This document shows, in pieces, positions 9,607 to 18,968 of a stretch of 41,881 nt of DNA. The notes under the pieces are model-generated. The model did no database searches. It worked only from the letters and a program-made list of their open reading frames with translations, and was not told the origin of the DNA. The position numbers were made by a program, and so were the translations under genes. Numbering within the stretch: position 1 is the first letter of the stretch; every line of letters begins with the position of its first letter. The stretch is from contig JBGUKW010000034.1 of NCBI GenBank assembly GCA_045114665.1, positions 1 through 41,881 of the forward strand, in the 5' to 3' direction. Source of the stretch: Candidatus Xenobia bacterium. GTDB taxonomy: Bacteria > Vulcanimicrobiota > CADAWZ01.

Positions 9607-11145
9607 TTACCAATATTTCCAACCGCTGAGGTAATATTCAGAAATAGTCGGTTTATCGAGTGTAGATGGTTTTATATTTTCTCTCATTAAATCTTTGCCA
9701 AACACAAACGATGATCTAAAAACATCGTCTGTCAAATATTTTGTATCTACAGTTATTTTGAATTTGTTCACATCATAATTTATATTTGAAGCCATTACAA
9801 ATCCCCAATCGCCAAAAGAAGGCACATAGCCGTGATATGGGTATGTATGTTCAAAGCCTGCACTTTTCATCGTTTCATTTATACACCAAAAAGCCTCTGG
9901 TGAAAAGAAAGGACTTGATGCTTGGGTTACAATTATACCTGTTTTTGAAAGATGATTTTTGACATTTTGATAAAATTCTTTGCTATACAATCTTGCAAGT
10001 GCTGTGTTATTTGGATCTGGCAAATCTATTATTATTACATCAAAATATTCATTGCATTCTTCAATATATTTATACGCATCATCATTTACAATGTGAACTT
10101 TGGGATTTGATAAACTTCCCTCATTTAATTTGCTTATATGTTTATCATTTTTTGAAAGTTCTGTCATTGCAGGATCGAGGTCAACCAATGTTATTTTTTT
10201 GACATCTTTGTATTTTAATATCTCCCTTGCAGCAAGACCATCTCCACCGCCCAATATAATGACATTTTCTCTGTTGGCAACTATTGAAAGTGGAATATGT
10301 GTCAATAGTTCGTGATAACGAAATTCATCTATAGAAGAAAATTGGACATTTCCATCAATATACAGTCTGAGATCGTCTTTCCTTTTCGTCATCACGAGTT
10401 GTTGATATTGTGTCTTTTTGGAATAAAAAACTCTGTCATTATATATTGATTTTTCCCAAAATTTTACGACATTGGAAGAATATATAAACATACATATAAG
10501 CCCGAGACAGACGAGAGCAGATGAAATATATAATTTCGTTTTCTGTCGTTTTAGAAGTCTATCTTGAAACCAATATATATTTATTCCACCAACAATTAGA
10601 TTTAACATTCCAGTTGCAACAGATGTGTTGAACAATCCCAAAAATGGAACCATTATAAATGGGAAAACAAGTGTTGCAGCAAAAGAACCTAAATAGTCAA
10701 GTGATAATACATTTGATATGTTGTGTTTTAGGTCGTAATAGGTCTCCATTATTCGAGTTAGAATAGGAATTTCAAGACCTATCAATGTTCCTATTGCCAA
10801 TATTGTCAAACACATTATTGGATAATACAGTGTGTCTGACATATATGCAAAATACAATATTGGAACTGAAAGCCCACCTATTATGGCAAGTAGTATTTCA
10901 ACTCCTGCAAATATGGATATTAGATGTTTTGTTATGAATCTTGAAATAAGAGTTCCTATTCCCATTGAAGTCATAGAAAGACCAATAACAATGGAAAATT
11001 GTTTTATGCTATCACCTAAAAAATAAGATGATACTGCACCAATTAATAATTCATAAATTATAGTACAAAAGCCGACAATACAGACAGATATTAAAAGTAT
11101 GCCGGCTTCTTTAGCTGTTAGTTGTTCAGATTTATTTTCCACCAC
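9607..11145 (-). CDS. speE: Membrane-anchored polyamine aminopropyltransferase (spermidine synthase with multi-TM N-terminus)
   Basis: IYELL, LIGLEIPIL, DYLGS TM region; LYIDGNVQFSSIDEFRYHE, IILGGGDG, VDLDP, IIIDLPDP, YVPSFGDWGF. Confidence 0.92.
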   Translation of the reverse strand: MVENKSEQLTAKEAGILLISVCIVGFCTIIYELLIGAVSSYFLGDSIKQFSIVIGLSMTSMGIGTLISRFITKHLISIFAGVEILLAIIGGLSVPILYFAYMSDTLYYPIMCLTILAIGTLIGLEIPILTRIMETYYDLKHNISNVLSLDYLGSFAATLVFPFIMVPFLGLFNTSVATGMLNLIVGGINIYWFQDRLLKRQKTKLYISSALVCLGLICMFIYSSNVVKFWEKSIYNDRVFYSKKTQYQQLVMTKRKDDLRLYIDGNVQFSSIDEFRYHELLTHIPLSIVANRENVIILGGGDGLAAREILKYKDVKKITLVDLDPAMTELSKNDKHISKLNEGSLSNPKVHIVNDDAYKYIEECNEYFDVIIIDLPDPNNTALARLYSKEFYQNVKNHLSKTGIIVTQASSPFFSPEAFWCINETMKSAGFEHTYPYHGYVPSFGDWGFVMASNINYDVNKFKITVDTKYLTDDVFRSSFVFGKDLMRENIKPSTLDKPTISEYYLSGWKYW

Positions 11146-11377
11146 TTATTCCTTTTTTAGAGAACCTTGAACCGCCAGTGCTTGTCTCTCTGTTACTTGC
11201 TGTTGAAGGTCTGTCATAATTTCCATAATAACCAAAATAATACATGTGGTAAGCTCTGTGGTTATGATAACCTTTATAACCAGGATATCCATAGCCATAA
11301 TCAGCTGTATTCCAACAAAATACAAATATACCAATTAGAAAGGCTATTAAAATTAAATATCCTATTGTATCTCTCAT
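11132..11377 (-). CDS. Small membrane-anchored Tyr/Gly-rich protein of the DUF4178-speE operon type
   Basis: RBS GGAGG; N-terminal TM helix; YGYGYPGY tract; ends GISGGK; overlaps speE start. Confidence 0.75.
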   Translation of the reverse strand: MRDTIGYLILIAFLIGIFVFCWNTADYGYGYPGYKGYHNHRAYHMYYFGYYGNYDRPSTASNRETSTGGSRFSKKGISGGK

Positions 11378-11439
11378 AAGTTCCTCCAGTCTTTTTTTCT
11401 TTTGTCTGTTTTCTCTTCTGGCTATTTGTTGTGGTAAAT

Positions 11440-11546
11440 TAACTTGTTGTGCTAGTTTTTTTGCCTATTTAGTAGTTAAAAACTCAAAAATAAAACATAA
11501 AGTCTCTTATTGCAAATATTGATATTTTAACCAGCACAACGAGTTA
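11440..11546. repeat. Intra-operonic palindromic element with 18-bp imperfect arms
   Basis: TAACTTGTTGTGCTAGTT (11440-11457) vs AACCAGCACAACGAGTTA (11529-11546), 16/18 complementary; related copy at 23666-23689. Confidence 0.7.
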
Positions 11547-11548
11547 TA

Positions 11549-12154
11549 TTAATCATCACTCATTTCTTCAAACATATTACATATACCTGAATTTACCCAA
11601 GTAGCATTAAAAATATAAAATACTAAAAGTGCAAGAATTAAGGCACCTATTCCTGCTTGGTTAAATCCAACATAACTTTTGACTTTGTTTTTGACTATTA
11701 TGTTTATAGAGTTATTTATGGAGTTGTCTGTTGTACCTTCTTTATTTAATTTAATTTTGTATTTGCCTTTGTCTTTAAATACCAAGTCAACAGACATATC
11801 TCTATTTGATTCACTCCAATATCCTTCATCATCTCTGCCGTCTTCAAACCACATGTCTTGTCCAAATTCATAAACAGTCTCATTATTTGAATCAAGGACT
11901 TCTCCAGTGATATAAGCATTTTGACCATTTATGTTTCCGCTGTAGTGTGCTTGTATTCTATAAACTTGTGCTTTGTCTTTTATTTCTATTGGAATTTCCA
12001 TTCCGTCTGTGAATTTACAGGTTCTTATTGGACTTCCAGAATTCATTAGGGCTATTGCTGTTATAAAATAAATGACAGAGAAAAAGGACAATATTAGACA
12101 GAGGTTATTTATAAAAAATACATTTTCTGTATCTTTGTATGGGTCTACTTTCAT
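11549..12154 (-). CDS. Hypothetical two-TM membrane protein with extracytoplasmic beta-rich domain
   Basis: RBS GGAG; TM helices near both termini; acidic/aromatic WFEDGRDDEGYWSE motif. Confidence 0.75.
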   Translation of the reverse strand: MKVDPYKDTENVFFINNLCLILSFFSVIYFITAIALMNSGSPIRTCKFTDGMEIPIEIKDKAQVYRIQAHYSGNINGQNAYITGEVLDSNNETVYEFGQDMWFEDGRDDEGYWSESNRDMSVDLVFKDKGKYKIKLNKEGTTDNSINNSINIIVKNKVKSYVGFNQAGIGALILALLVFYIFNATWVNSGICNMFEEMSDD

Positions 12155-12171
12155 AACATTTTCTCCATTTT

Positions 12172-12801
12172 TTAGTTTTCAGAAGAGTTTTTATAAACAG
12201 TTATTTGTTGTGTTTTCATCTGCTGAGAACAGAATACTTGATATTCATTATTTCCCCATTTTTCAACACTTAGAGAGTATGTAATACCCATGTCTGTTGA
12301 TTTGAAATCCCAGTAATAGAGTTTTTCTGCATTTGCTTTTTCACATCTTTTATAAAAAACTGCACTATCTGAATCTTGATAGAAGAATTTTCTGCTTCCA
12401 TAAGTGACAGAACCAGATTCATCGTCATCAATTTTAGTCAATTTCTGTGGTGTCAATTCTGGTACAGCTTCTAAGCCAAGTTTTTCTAAAACTATACTTA
12501 CTATTATTTCATCATCATCTTCAACTTCAGCCCAAATTTTTTCACCTGTTCCTTTATCACATTCGAGTTCAAACCAACTGAAATCTCCTGCTTTATACAA
12601 GTGTTTATCCAATACTGTCAATTCAAGAGTTTCTGATTCTGGACCAAATCCAGTAACTTTGAAGACCCCACCTTTTTCAAGATTTAATACACTTAGTTCA
12701 TCTTTATTTCTTTTCGATCTTTTGGGAATTTGTGAGTTTCTAATAAATATTACAACAATTAGGCATATTGCCATTGCTAAAAAGAATATAATCCAGCACA
12801 T
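12172..12801 (-). CDS. DUF4178-like protein with N-terminal membrane anchor
   Basis: GDFSWFELE, IWAEVEDDDE, LYYWDF, LSVEKWG motifs; context between pspA and speE; RBS AAGGAG. Confidence 0.72.
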   Translation of the reverse strand: MCWIIFFLAMAICLIVVIFIRNSQIPKRSKRNKDELSVLNLEKGGVFKVTGFGPESETLELTVLDKHLYKAGDFSWFELECDKGTGEKIWAEVEDDDEIIVSIVLEKLGLEAVPELTPQKLTKIDDDESGSVTYGSRKFFYQDSDSAVFYKRCEKANAEKLYYWDFKSTDMGITYSLSVEKWGNNEYQVFCSQQMKTQQITVYKNSSEN

Positions 12802-12816
12802 TTTTTTTCTCCTTTT

Positions 12817-13575
12817 TTAATTTTTTATATAATTTTGACTTTGTGGTATTGTTTCTTCTGTTGTACTTGCCCCTGAAGATAGTTGTTTTTTCATCATTTC
12901 AAGTTCAGAATTGATATTTGGATCATATAATAGGGAAGATGATGTATCTTCTTCGGCAAGTGGATCATCTAATCCAAGCATGTCATTATATGCTTCATTT
13001 GAAGCAGAAATTGCACTCTCATCTCTTGTAATTTCACTTTTTAGCTGTCTCAGCTTATTTCCTGTTGAGCCTCTTGATATGTCATTTAAACCATCTTGTA
13101 TTTCTTTAGTCGAATCAACAACTTGTTTTCTTGCTTTTAAATTTGCTATTGCTGATTCCTGAGATGAAATTTGATGTTTTATTGAGGAAATTGTTTCTTC
13201 TGCTTTTAATGCCTGTAGTTCATAATTTTTTATGAGTGAAGCAAAATGATTAGCTTCTTTTTGTGCTATACTTTTTTCTTTTAGAACTTTTGCTGCTTCT
13301 ATATCGGCTTGCTCTTGGGAAATTTTGCCATTTTGAGCTGATTTTAGTATTGACTCAGCTCTTTTGGTGAGATCTTTTATTTCTTGTTGTTTCTTTTCAA
13401 GTTCTCTTTTTGTGCTTATAGTCAAGGCTTTCATATTGCCTAAACTTTCATTTGATTTAGATTGTAGTTCTTTGAGTTCTTTGATTTTGTTTTCAGCTGT
13501 TTTTATAGGACTTCTAAAAAGATTTAAAAAAGCTTCCCAAAGTCCTTTTAATGCTTTTATTAAATTTTTAAACAT
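12817..13575 (-). CDS. pspA: PspA/IM30 family coiled-coil protein
   Basis: N-terminal amphipathic helix MFKNLIKALKGLWEAFL then P, long coiled coil, LKARK motif, C-terminal INSELEMMKKQL. Confidence 0.78.
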   Translation of the reverse strand: MFKNLIKALKGLWEAFLNLFRSPIKTAENKIKELKELQSKSNESLGNMKALTISTKRELEKKQQEIKDLTKRAESILKSAQNGKISQEQADIEAAKVLKEKSIAQKEANHFASLIKNYELQALKAEETISSIKHQISSQESAIANLKARKQVVDSTKEIQDGLNDISRGSTGNKLRQLKSEITRDESAISASNEAYNDMLGLDDPLAEEDTSSSLLYDPNINSELEMMKKQLSSGASTTEETIPQSQNYIKN

Positions 13576-13723
13576 AATACCTCATTTTAAAAAATATTAT
13601 TTTAATATAATATACTACAAAAATTAATATTATCTTTTTTTATATTCTCATTTTACAAAGGATATTTTTTTTTCTATGGAGAAAATTTTTTTGTTATTAT
13701 CTTTTTTTTTGCTGGGGTTTTAT

Positions 13724-15634
13724 ATGAATAATACAGAAGAATTTGTAAAATCCGAAAAACTTAGAACTTTCCTTATGGGATTTAGATTTATTACCCTTTT
13801 ATTTCCAATAGTTTTTAATTGGCTTATGTTGGATAGAGAGGGTGGATTTACTTCAATTGTACCTAATATTAATGGTAATATGAAAATTGCTATTATATTT
13901 CTTTTATTTGTTTATCATATAGTAGCATGTATTTGGATGATAAATTTTTATACTGATAAAAATAAAATAAAGTTTCTTATTATTTCAGATGTTGTGTTAG
14001 GAATGACTGCAATTGTCCTTTTGGGAACTCCTTATTTTTTTGTTGGAATAGCTTTGCCTGCTCTTGAATCAAAATGTTTTTTTGAAAATATTGGGGCTAA
14101 TAGTATATTGGGGCTTTGTGGAATTATATTTTTAGTCATTCTTTTAGGAGAATTGGGTAAAATAAATAACATAAATGTTGGTATTGATGAAACCCCAAAA
14201 AGTTTTACGGTTAAAGATATAACACTTAATATTTGGGGAACTGCACAATTTTTTTTGGTTTTTGTTGTTCCTATTATTTGGGCTTATGATGTAGCAGTAA
14301 AAATTGAAAATGAAAAAAATCAAATTATTTTGAAAGCACAAGATGCTAAAAAAATGATAATTGAAGATACTGCTAAAGATAAAATGACAATGCAACAACT
14401 TATGAATGCTTTGAGTGAAAAAGAAAATGCAATTGAAGAATATCAAAATCAAATATTTAAATTAAAAGAAGAAGCTGATCAAAATTATAGAAAATACAAT
14501 GAACAGAAAAATCAATTTGCCACACAAAATGAAAGTTTTAGAGCAAAAGAAAATGAACTTACTACAAGTTTTGACAATAAATTGAAAAAAGTACAACAAG
14601 ATAATGCTGAGCTTGCACTGAATTTGAAAAAAGCTGAAAATTTAATAAGTGTCACTGTTGATTTGAATAAAAGTCTTAATCTACAGGAAGCCTATGTCTC
14701 TGTTGTTGAACATTTGATTAAATTAGTTCCTGTACAAACTTGTATTTTATTTATGCTTGATACTGTTGACAAGAGAACTGAAATTTTTGCTGAGATGGTA
14801 TATAGTCCTTATTCCGAATATTTTAAGAATTTTAGTGTAAAAATTGGATATGGGATAGTTGGTATTTCAGCTGAAATGCAGAGAATTTTTAGAATAGATA
14901 ATTTAACTATTGATATTGATGGAAAAGAATATAGAGGACTTTTGGACGATGAGAGAAGTGCTTTGATTGTTCCTATTTCTTATGAAGAGGAGCTTTTAGG
15001 AATTTTCTATCTTGGAAAAGAAGAGGCATCTGCTTTTGATGAAGAAACTACAGAACTTGTAAAATCTTATGCAGATATTTCTGCTGTTACACTTCAAAAT
15101 GCACAGCTTTTCCAAAAAACTATATCTGGTGGTATGTTTGACGATTTGACAGGATTTTATAATGCCGTTTATTTCAATGAAAGATTTGGAGAAGAAATCA
15201 ACAGAAGTAAGAGATATAGAATTGAACTTGGAATTGTGCTTGTTGAGATCGATAACTTCGTACCATTGACAGATGAATTTGGCTCTAATTGGTCTGAAGA
15301 TGTTTTGAAAGAAGTTTCTGAGGTAATAAGAGAACAAGTCAGAGATACTGATATAACTGCTAGAATTCAAGCAGGTCAGTTTGTTATAATTTTATTACAG
15401 AGTGATAGAAGAAATTCTTATATAATTGCAGAGAAAATAAGAGCTTCATTTGAAAAGAAAAATATGACGAGAATGCGTCGTTCAAGAGCTTCAACGACAA
15501 TTTCTGTTGGTGTTTCTATGTTTCCACAAGATGCACAAGACAAAACATCACTTATTTCATCTGTTGAAGATGCTTTAAATATATCCAAGACACATGGTGG
15601 AAATAAGACATTTGTTACAGGTATGAGAGTATAA
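13724..15634 (+). CDS. Membrane protein with coiled coil, GAF domain and degenerate GGDEF domain
   Basis: Several TM helices, coiled coil, GAF (GYGIVG...SALIVPI...LGIFYLG), DDLTGFYN, TISVGVS; active site reads QAGQF; start may be 13676 or 13724. Confidence 0.85.
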   Translation: MNNTEEFVKSEKLRTFLMGFRFITLLFPIVFNWLMLDREGGFTSIVPNINGNMKIAIIFLLFVYHIVACIWMINFYTDKNKIKFLIISDVVLGMTAIVLLGTPYFFVGIALPALESKCFFENIGANSILGLCGIIFLVILLGELGKINNINVGIDETPKSFTVKDITLNIWGTAQFFLVFVVPIIWAYDVAVKIENEKNQIILKAQDAKKMIIEDTAKDKMTMQQLMNALSEKENAIEEYQNQIFKLKEEADQNYRKYNEQKNQFATQNESFRAKENELTTSFDNKLKKVQQDNAELALNLKKAENLISVTVDLNKSLNLQEAYVSVVEHLIKLVPVQTCILFMLDTVDKRTEIFAEMVYSPYSEYFKNFSVKIGYGIVGISAEMQRIFRIDNLTIDIDGKEYRGLLDDERSALIVPISYEEELLGIFYLGKEEASAFDEETTELVKSYADISAVTLQNAQLFQKTISGGMFDDLTGFYNAVYFNERFGEEINRSKRYRIELGIVLVEIDNFVPLTDEFGSNWSEDVLKEVSEVIREQVRDTDITARIQAGQFVIILLQSDRRNSYIIAEKIRASFEKKNMTRMRRSRASTTISVGVSMFPQDAQDKTSLISSVEDALNISKTHGGNKTFVTGMRV

Positions 15635-15652
15635 TAGTATTTTTAGGATTTT

Positions 15653-15687
15653 AAAAAAGTGTGAAACTTGATATTTCACACTTTTTT
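15653..15687 (+). terminator. Intrinsic terminator
   Basis: AAAAAAGTGTGAAA-loop-TTTCACACTTTTTT after the 15634 stop. Confidence 0.8.
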
Positions 15688-15710
15688 TATAGAATAGAGA
15701 GTGAGAGAAA

Positions 15711-16157
15711 ATGATTTGTCCTCAATGTGGATTTGAATTGAAATTTTATGAAGATAAATGTCCTTTATGTGAACATAAATTAGAACAAAAAGATTATGAC
15801 GAAAATAATAAACAAGTTAAAGCTGAATCTAAGGTAACATTATTAGACAATATAAAGGATATTATATTTGGAAAAGATGAAATTTCAATTTATAGAAAAA
15901 TATATTTTTTCTTATTTCTTCTTATTTTTATTATTGCAATATTATTTCTTATTGGAGCATTTGTTCCATCAATAGGGCATTTTATGGATTGTTTTTTTGA
16001 ATTATCTGGTAAATTATATGATTTTTTTTGGTCGTTATTTGGATTAAAACCACCTCAACAACCTATTAGACCTCATAATAAGGGTGATATAAGAATGGTT
16101 TTTACAGTTATTATTATCGGTTTAACTCTTAGATATTTAAGAGATAAATGCAAGTAA
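15711..16157 (+). CDS. Zinc-ribbon membrane protein
   Basis: N-terminal CPQC...CPLC, hydrophobic helices in the C-terminal half. Confidence 0.75.
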   Translation: MICPQCGFELKFYEDKCPLCEHKLEQKDYDENNKQVKAESKVTLLDNIKDIIFGKDEISIYRKIYFFLFLLIFIIAILFLIGAFVPSIGHFMDCFFELSGKLYDFFWSLFGLKPPQQPIRPHNKGDIRMVFTVIIIGLTLRYLRDKCK

Positions 16158-16173
16158 AATTAGGAGAGAGAAT

Positions 16174-17049
16174 ATGGCACGATATTTAAAATTTGTTTTT
16201 GTCTTATTGATTTCTTTTGTATTTTTGTTTGGAAATTCGAATGGAAATTCGAAATATTCACTTGTTTTAAAAGGTGAATTTACTCAGGGAAGTATTCTAT
16301 TTGCTGAAGTAAATGGAGTTTCACAAGAAGCAAAAGGAACTGTTACTTTTAACAATAATGAATATGATTTTGAAAACGATAAAAATACATTATTTACAAG
16401 TATTCCTGTTGGTCTTCCAACAAAACCTGGAGACTATAAAGTAGATGTTAATATAGAAGAAAATGGAAATAAATATTCGTTTTCAAGAACAATAAGTATT
16501 AAATCAAAATCCTATGGAACTCAACAACTTTGGATGTCAGAAGATCAACTTGCAAAATATGATAATCCACAGGCGGACAGAGATAATGACGCTATTTTAG
16601 AGGCATTGAAATCAGATGTTGAAGATATTGAATGGGAAAGTCAATTTATAAAGCCTGTTCAAGGTAGAACTTCTACAGGATATGGTCTTAGAAGATATTA
16701 TAATGATGATCCTGAGCCTGAATTTCATAAGGGAATCGATATAGCTTCTTGGAATGGTTATAATGTAGTTGCACCGCAAAATGCAATTGTTGTTATGGCA
16801 AAAGAGAATTTAATTCTTCATGGAACAGTCATTGTTTTAGACCACGGCAGAGGAGTTGGAAGTTTATATCTTCATTTGGGTTCTATTTCTGTTAAAGAGG
16901 GACAGTATGTAAAGCAGGGACAGGTAATTGGCACTATTGGCTCATCAGGTGCATCAACTGGACCACATCTTCACTGGGCAACATATAGTCACGGAGTACC
17001 TGTAAATCCTTGGCAATTATTTGCAGTTCCTTCATCTTGGATAAAATAA
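16174..17049 (+). CDS. M23 family metallopeptidase, exported
   Basis: Signal peptide; HKGID (HxxxD), DHG, SLYLHL, STGPHLHW (HxH). Confidence 0.92.
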   Translation: MARYLKFVFVLLISFVFLFGNSNGNSKYSLVLKGEFTQGSILFAEVNGVSQEAKGTVTFNNNEYDFENDKNTLFTSIPVGLPTKPGDYKVDVNIEENGNKYSFSRTISIKSKSYGTQQLWMSEDQLAKYDNPQADRDNDAILEALKSDVEDIEWESQFIKPVQGRTSTGYGLRRYYNDDPEPEFHKGIDIASWNGYNVVAPQNAIVVMAKENLILHGTVIVLDHGRGVGSLYLHLGSISVKEGQYVKQGQVIGTIGSSGASTGPHLHWATYSHGVPVNPWQLFAVPSSWIK

Positions 17050-17058
17050 TAAAGTGGG

Positions 17059-17979
17059 ATGGGGGAAAAAGTGAAAGAACTTATAGATTTTAAATCTTCT
17101 ATTGTTAAAAATATGCTTTCTGATTTGTTAAAAGATAAGACAACGAAAAAAAATATTATTTTTGCAACAAGTGATTATGATGATGAAAATTTGGGAATAA
17201 ATGAGAAATCAGAAGTAACTGTTGATATTCTTTCTCGTTCAGATTTTTCTCCTATTCAGCCAAGAGTTAGTAAAAGTCTTGAAGAGCAGACAGATAGAAC
17301 TAGGAAAAAAGCAGAAGTTTTTACTCCTTCGTGGATTTGTAACAAGATGAACAATCAATTTGATATTGAGTGGTTCGGTCGTGAGAGAGTTTTTAACAAA
17401 GAGGAAAATCAGAATTGGGAAGTAACATCTGAGCCTGTTTATTTTGAAGCTCCTAATGATTGGCAAAAATATATAAAAACAACTTGTTTAGAAATTGCTT
17501 GTGGCGAAGCTCCGTTTATTGTGTCGAGGTATGATGTTTCAAGTGGGGAGAAGATTCCTATTAATAGGCGAATAGGGATTTTGGATAGGAAACTTAGAGT
17601 TGTCAGTGAAAATACCGATAATGAGGTTGATTGGCTAAAGTGGGCTTTTTCTTCTTATAAAGCTGTTTATGGATACGAACTTCAAGGCGATAACCTACTT
17701 ATTGCTCGAATAAACCTACTTTTGACATTTGTTGAATATATGAAAGACAAATGGAATCGTGATCCAAAAAATGAAGAATTGAGAGAAATTGTGGATATTA
17801 TTACTTGGAATTTTTGGCAGATGGACGGAATAACTGAGACGATTCCTTTTAAAAAGCCTTGTGAAAATCAAGGTCAGTTGCTATTATTTGGAGTAGAAAA
17901 AAAAGATGATGAAGTAGATTGTGTGATATTTGATTGGGAAAATAACAAAGAGATAAAATATAGGGATTTGAAGAAGTAA
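17059..17979 (+). CDS. DNA amino-methyltransferase, N-terminal (SAM-binding) half of a restriction-modification system
   Basis: Motif X KAEVFTP, motif I-like LEIACGEAPF, VYGYELQGDNL, NFWQMDG; no (D/N)PPY motif. Confidence 0.82.
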   Translation: MGEKVKELIDFKSSIVKNMLSDLLKDKTTKKNIIFATSDYDDENLGINEKSEVTVDILSRSDFSPIQPRVSKSLEEQTDRTRKKAEVFTPSWICNKMNNQFDIEWFGRERVFNKEENQNWEVTSEPVYFEAPNDWQKYIKTTCLEIACGEAPFIVSRYDVSSGEKIPINRRIGILDRKLRVVSENTDNEVDWLKWAFSSYKAVYGYELQGDNLLIARINLLLTFVEYMKDKWNRDPKNEELREIVDIITWNFWQMDGITETIPFKKPCENQGQLLLFGVEKKDDEVDCVIFDWENNKEIKYRDLKK

Positions 17980-17983
17980 ACCG

Positions 17984-18058
17984 AAGGGGCTGTGAAAAAA
18001 GTAAATAGAATAGATGTCATTAATTATATAAAAAAATACTTTTTCACAGTCCCTTTTT
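17984..18058. repeat. Long hairpin / MITE-like palindrome followed by T tract (possible terminator)
   Basis: AAGGGGCTGTGAAAAAAGTA ... TACTTTTTCACAGTCCCTT; left arm recurs at 23480-23501 (21/22). Confidence 0.75.
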
Positions 18059-18060
18059 TA

Positions 18061-18089
18061 TTGTAATTTAGCACATATTGTGGTAAAAT
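18061..18089 (+). promoter_or_regulatory. Sigma70-type promoter with extended -10
   Basis: TTGTAA-N17-TAAAAT with TGn preceding the -10, about 40 nt upstream of ATG 18129. Confidence 0.6.
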
Positions 18090-18128
18090 AAATATTAGAG
18101 AGCAATAAATAAAAATGGGTTATGGGGT

Positions 18129-18398
18129 ATGAAAAAAAGTACAAAAAAGAAAAAGGGAAGAATGGAAATATCAAGTTTATTGAAAAAAACTGCGGATAAA
18201 TATATAAAACAGAACAAAGATAAATATATTGCTAAGGGCAAAGCCGAGGGCGAAAAGCTCGGAATGGCTAAATCATCGTTAAATAGTATAAAATCAATAA
18301 TTGAGACTATGAATATAACAGCTGAAAAAGCAATGAAGGCTTTAAAAATTCCACAGGAAGAACATGATTTTTATTTGGCACAGTTAAATACCCTCTAA
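18129..18398 (+). CDS. Small protein resembling the C-terminal domain of Rpn / PD-(D/E)XK nuclease-family transposases
   Basis: YIAKGKAEGEKLG repeat-like segment then SIKSIIETMNITAEKAMKALKIP...YL; no nuclease domain; alternative start 18162. Confidence 0.62.
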   Translation: MKKSTKKKKGRMEISSLLKKTADKYIKQNKDKYIAKGKAEGEKLGMAKSSLNSIKSIIETMNITAEKAMKALKIPQEEHDFYLAQLNTL

Positions 18399-18586
18399 AG
18401 GTGAAAGGAAAATTTTCAAAAATACTATTTTTTTATTTTTAGCCGAAAGTTACTTTGTTTGAAAAAGCTCACTCTAAACACTCGCAAGCTCATGATGTCG
18501 TTCGCTTTTTCTCACAAAATAACATTTATCTTATTTAGTGTTTTTTGCTAATATTTCTTTCTACTTGTGACGAAATTGCAAGTTTT

Positions 18587-18733
18587 AGTTTTGGGGTATA
18601 ATAAGACTCACTAAACAATTTTACCCCAAGGTTTATGTATAATTAAAAAAAATAACCATTCTTTTTCTAAGTGCATTTTTATAGAAACTACTATAGAAAA
18701 TTGAAATCGTTCCCTTTATTATACCCCAAAACT
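18587..18733. mobile_element. 147-bp MITE-like element with perfect 18-bp terminal inverted repeats
   Basis: AGTTTTGGGGTATAATAA (18587-18604) / TTATTATACCCCAAAACT (18716-18733); non-coding interior. Confidence 0.7.
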
Positions 18734-18796
18734 TTGTATTATTTGTTAAATAGTGCAGTTTTACAATCTACTCAAACAGTCTGTATTTAGGGGCGA

Positions 18797-18968
18797 TGTC
18801 ATTGCGAGGAAGCTGTGCGACCGTGGCAATCTCAACCACTTAATTTAAATTTAGTAATTTATTAAATAGACCAGGCAGAAATTGGATAAATAGAGGCGAT
18901 CGACTCAATTTTTAAGTAAATAATAATTTACAGGCTTAGATTGCCACGGCTAAAGCCTCGCAATGACA
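18797..18968. repeat. GC-rich palindromic element of the GTCATTGCGAG...GCAATC / GATTGC...CTCGCAATGAC type (RPE/REP-like)
   Basis: Left arm 18797-18832, right arm 18938-18968; arms are GC-rich relative to surroundings. Confidence 0.8.
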
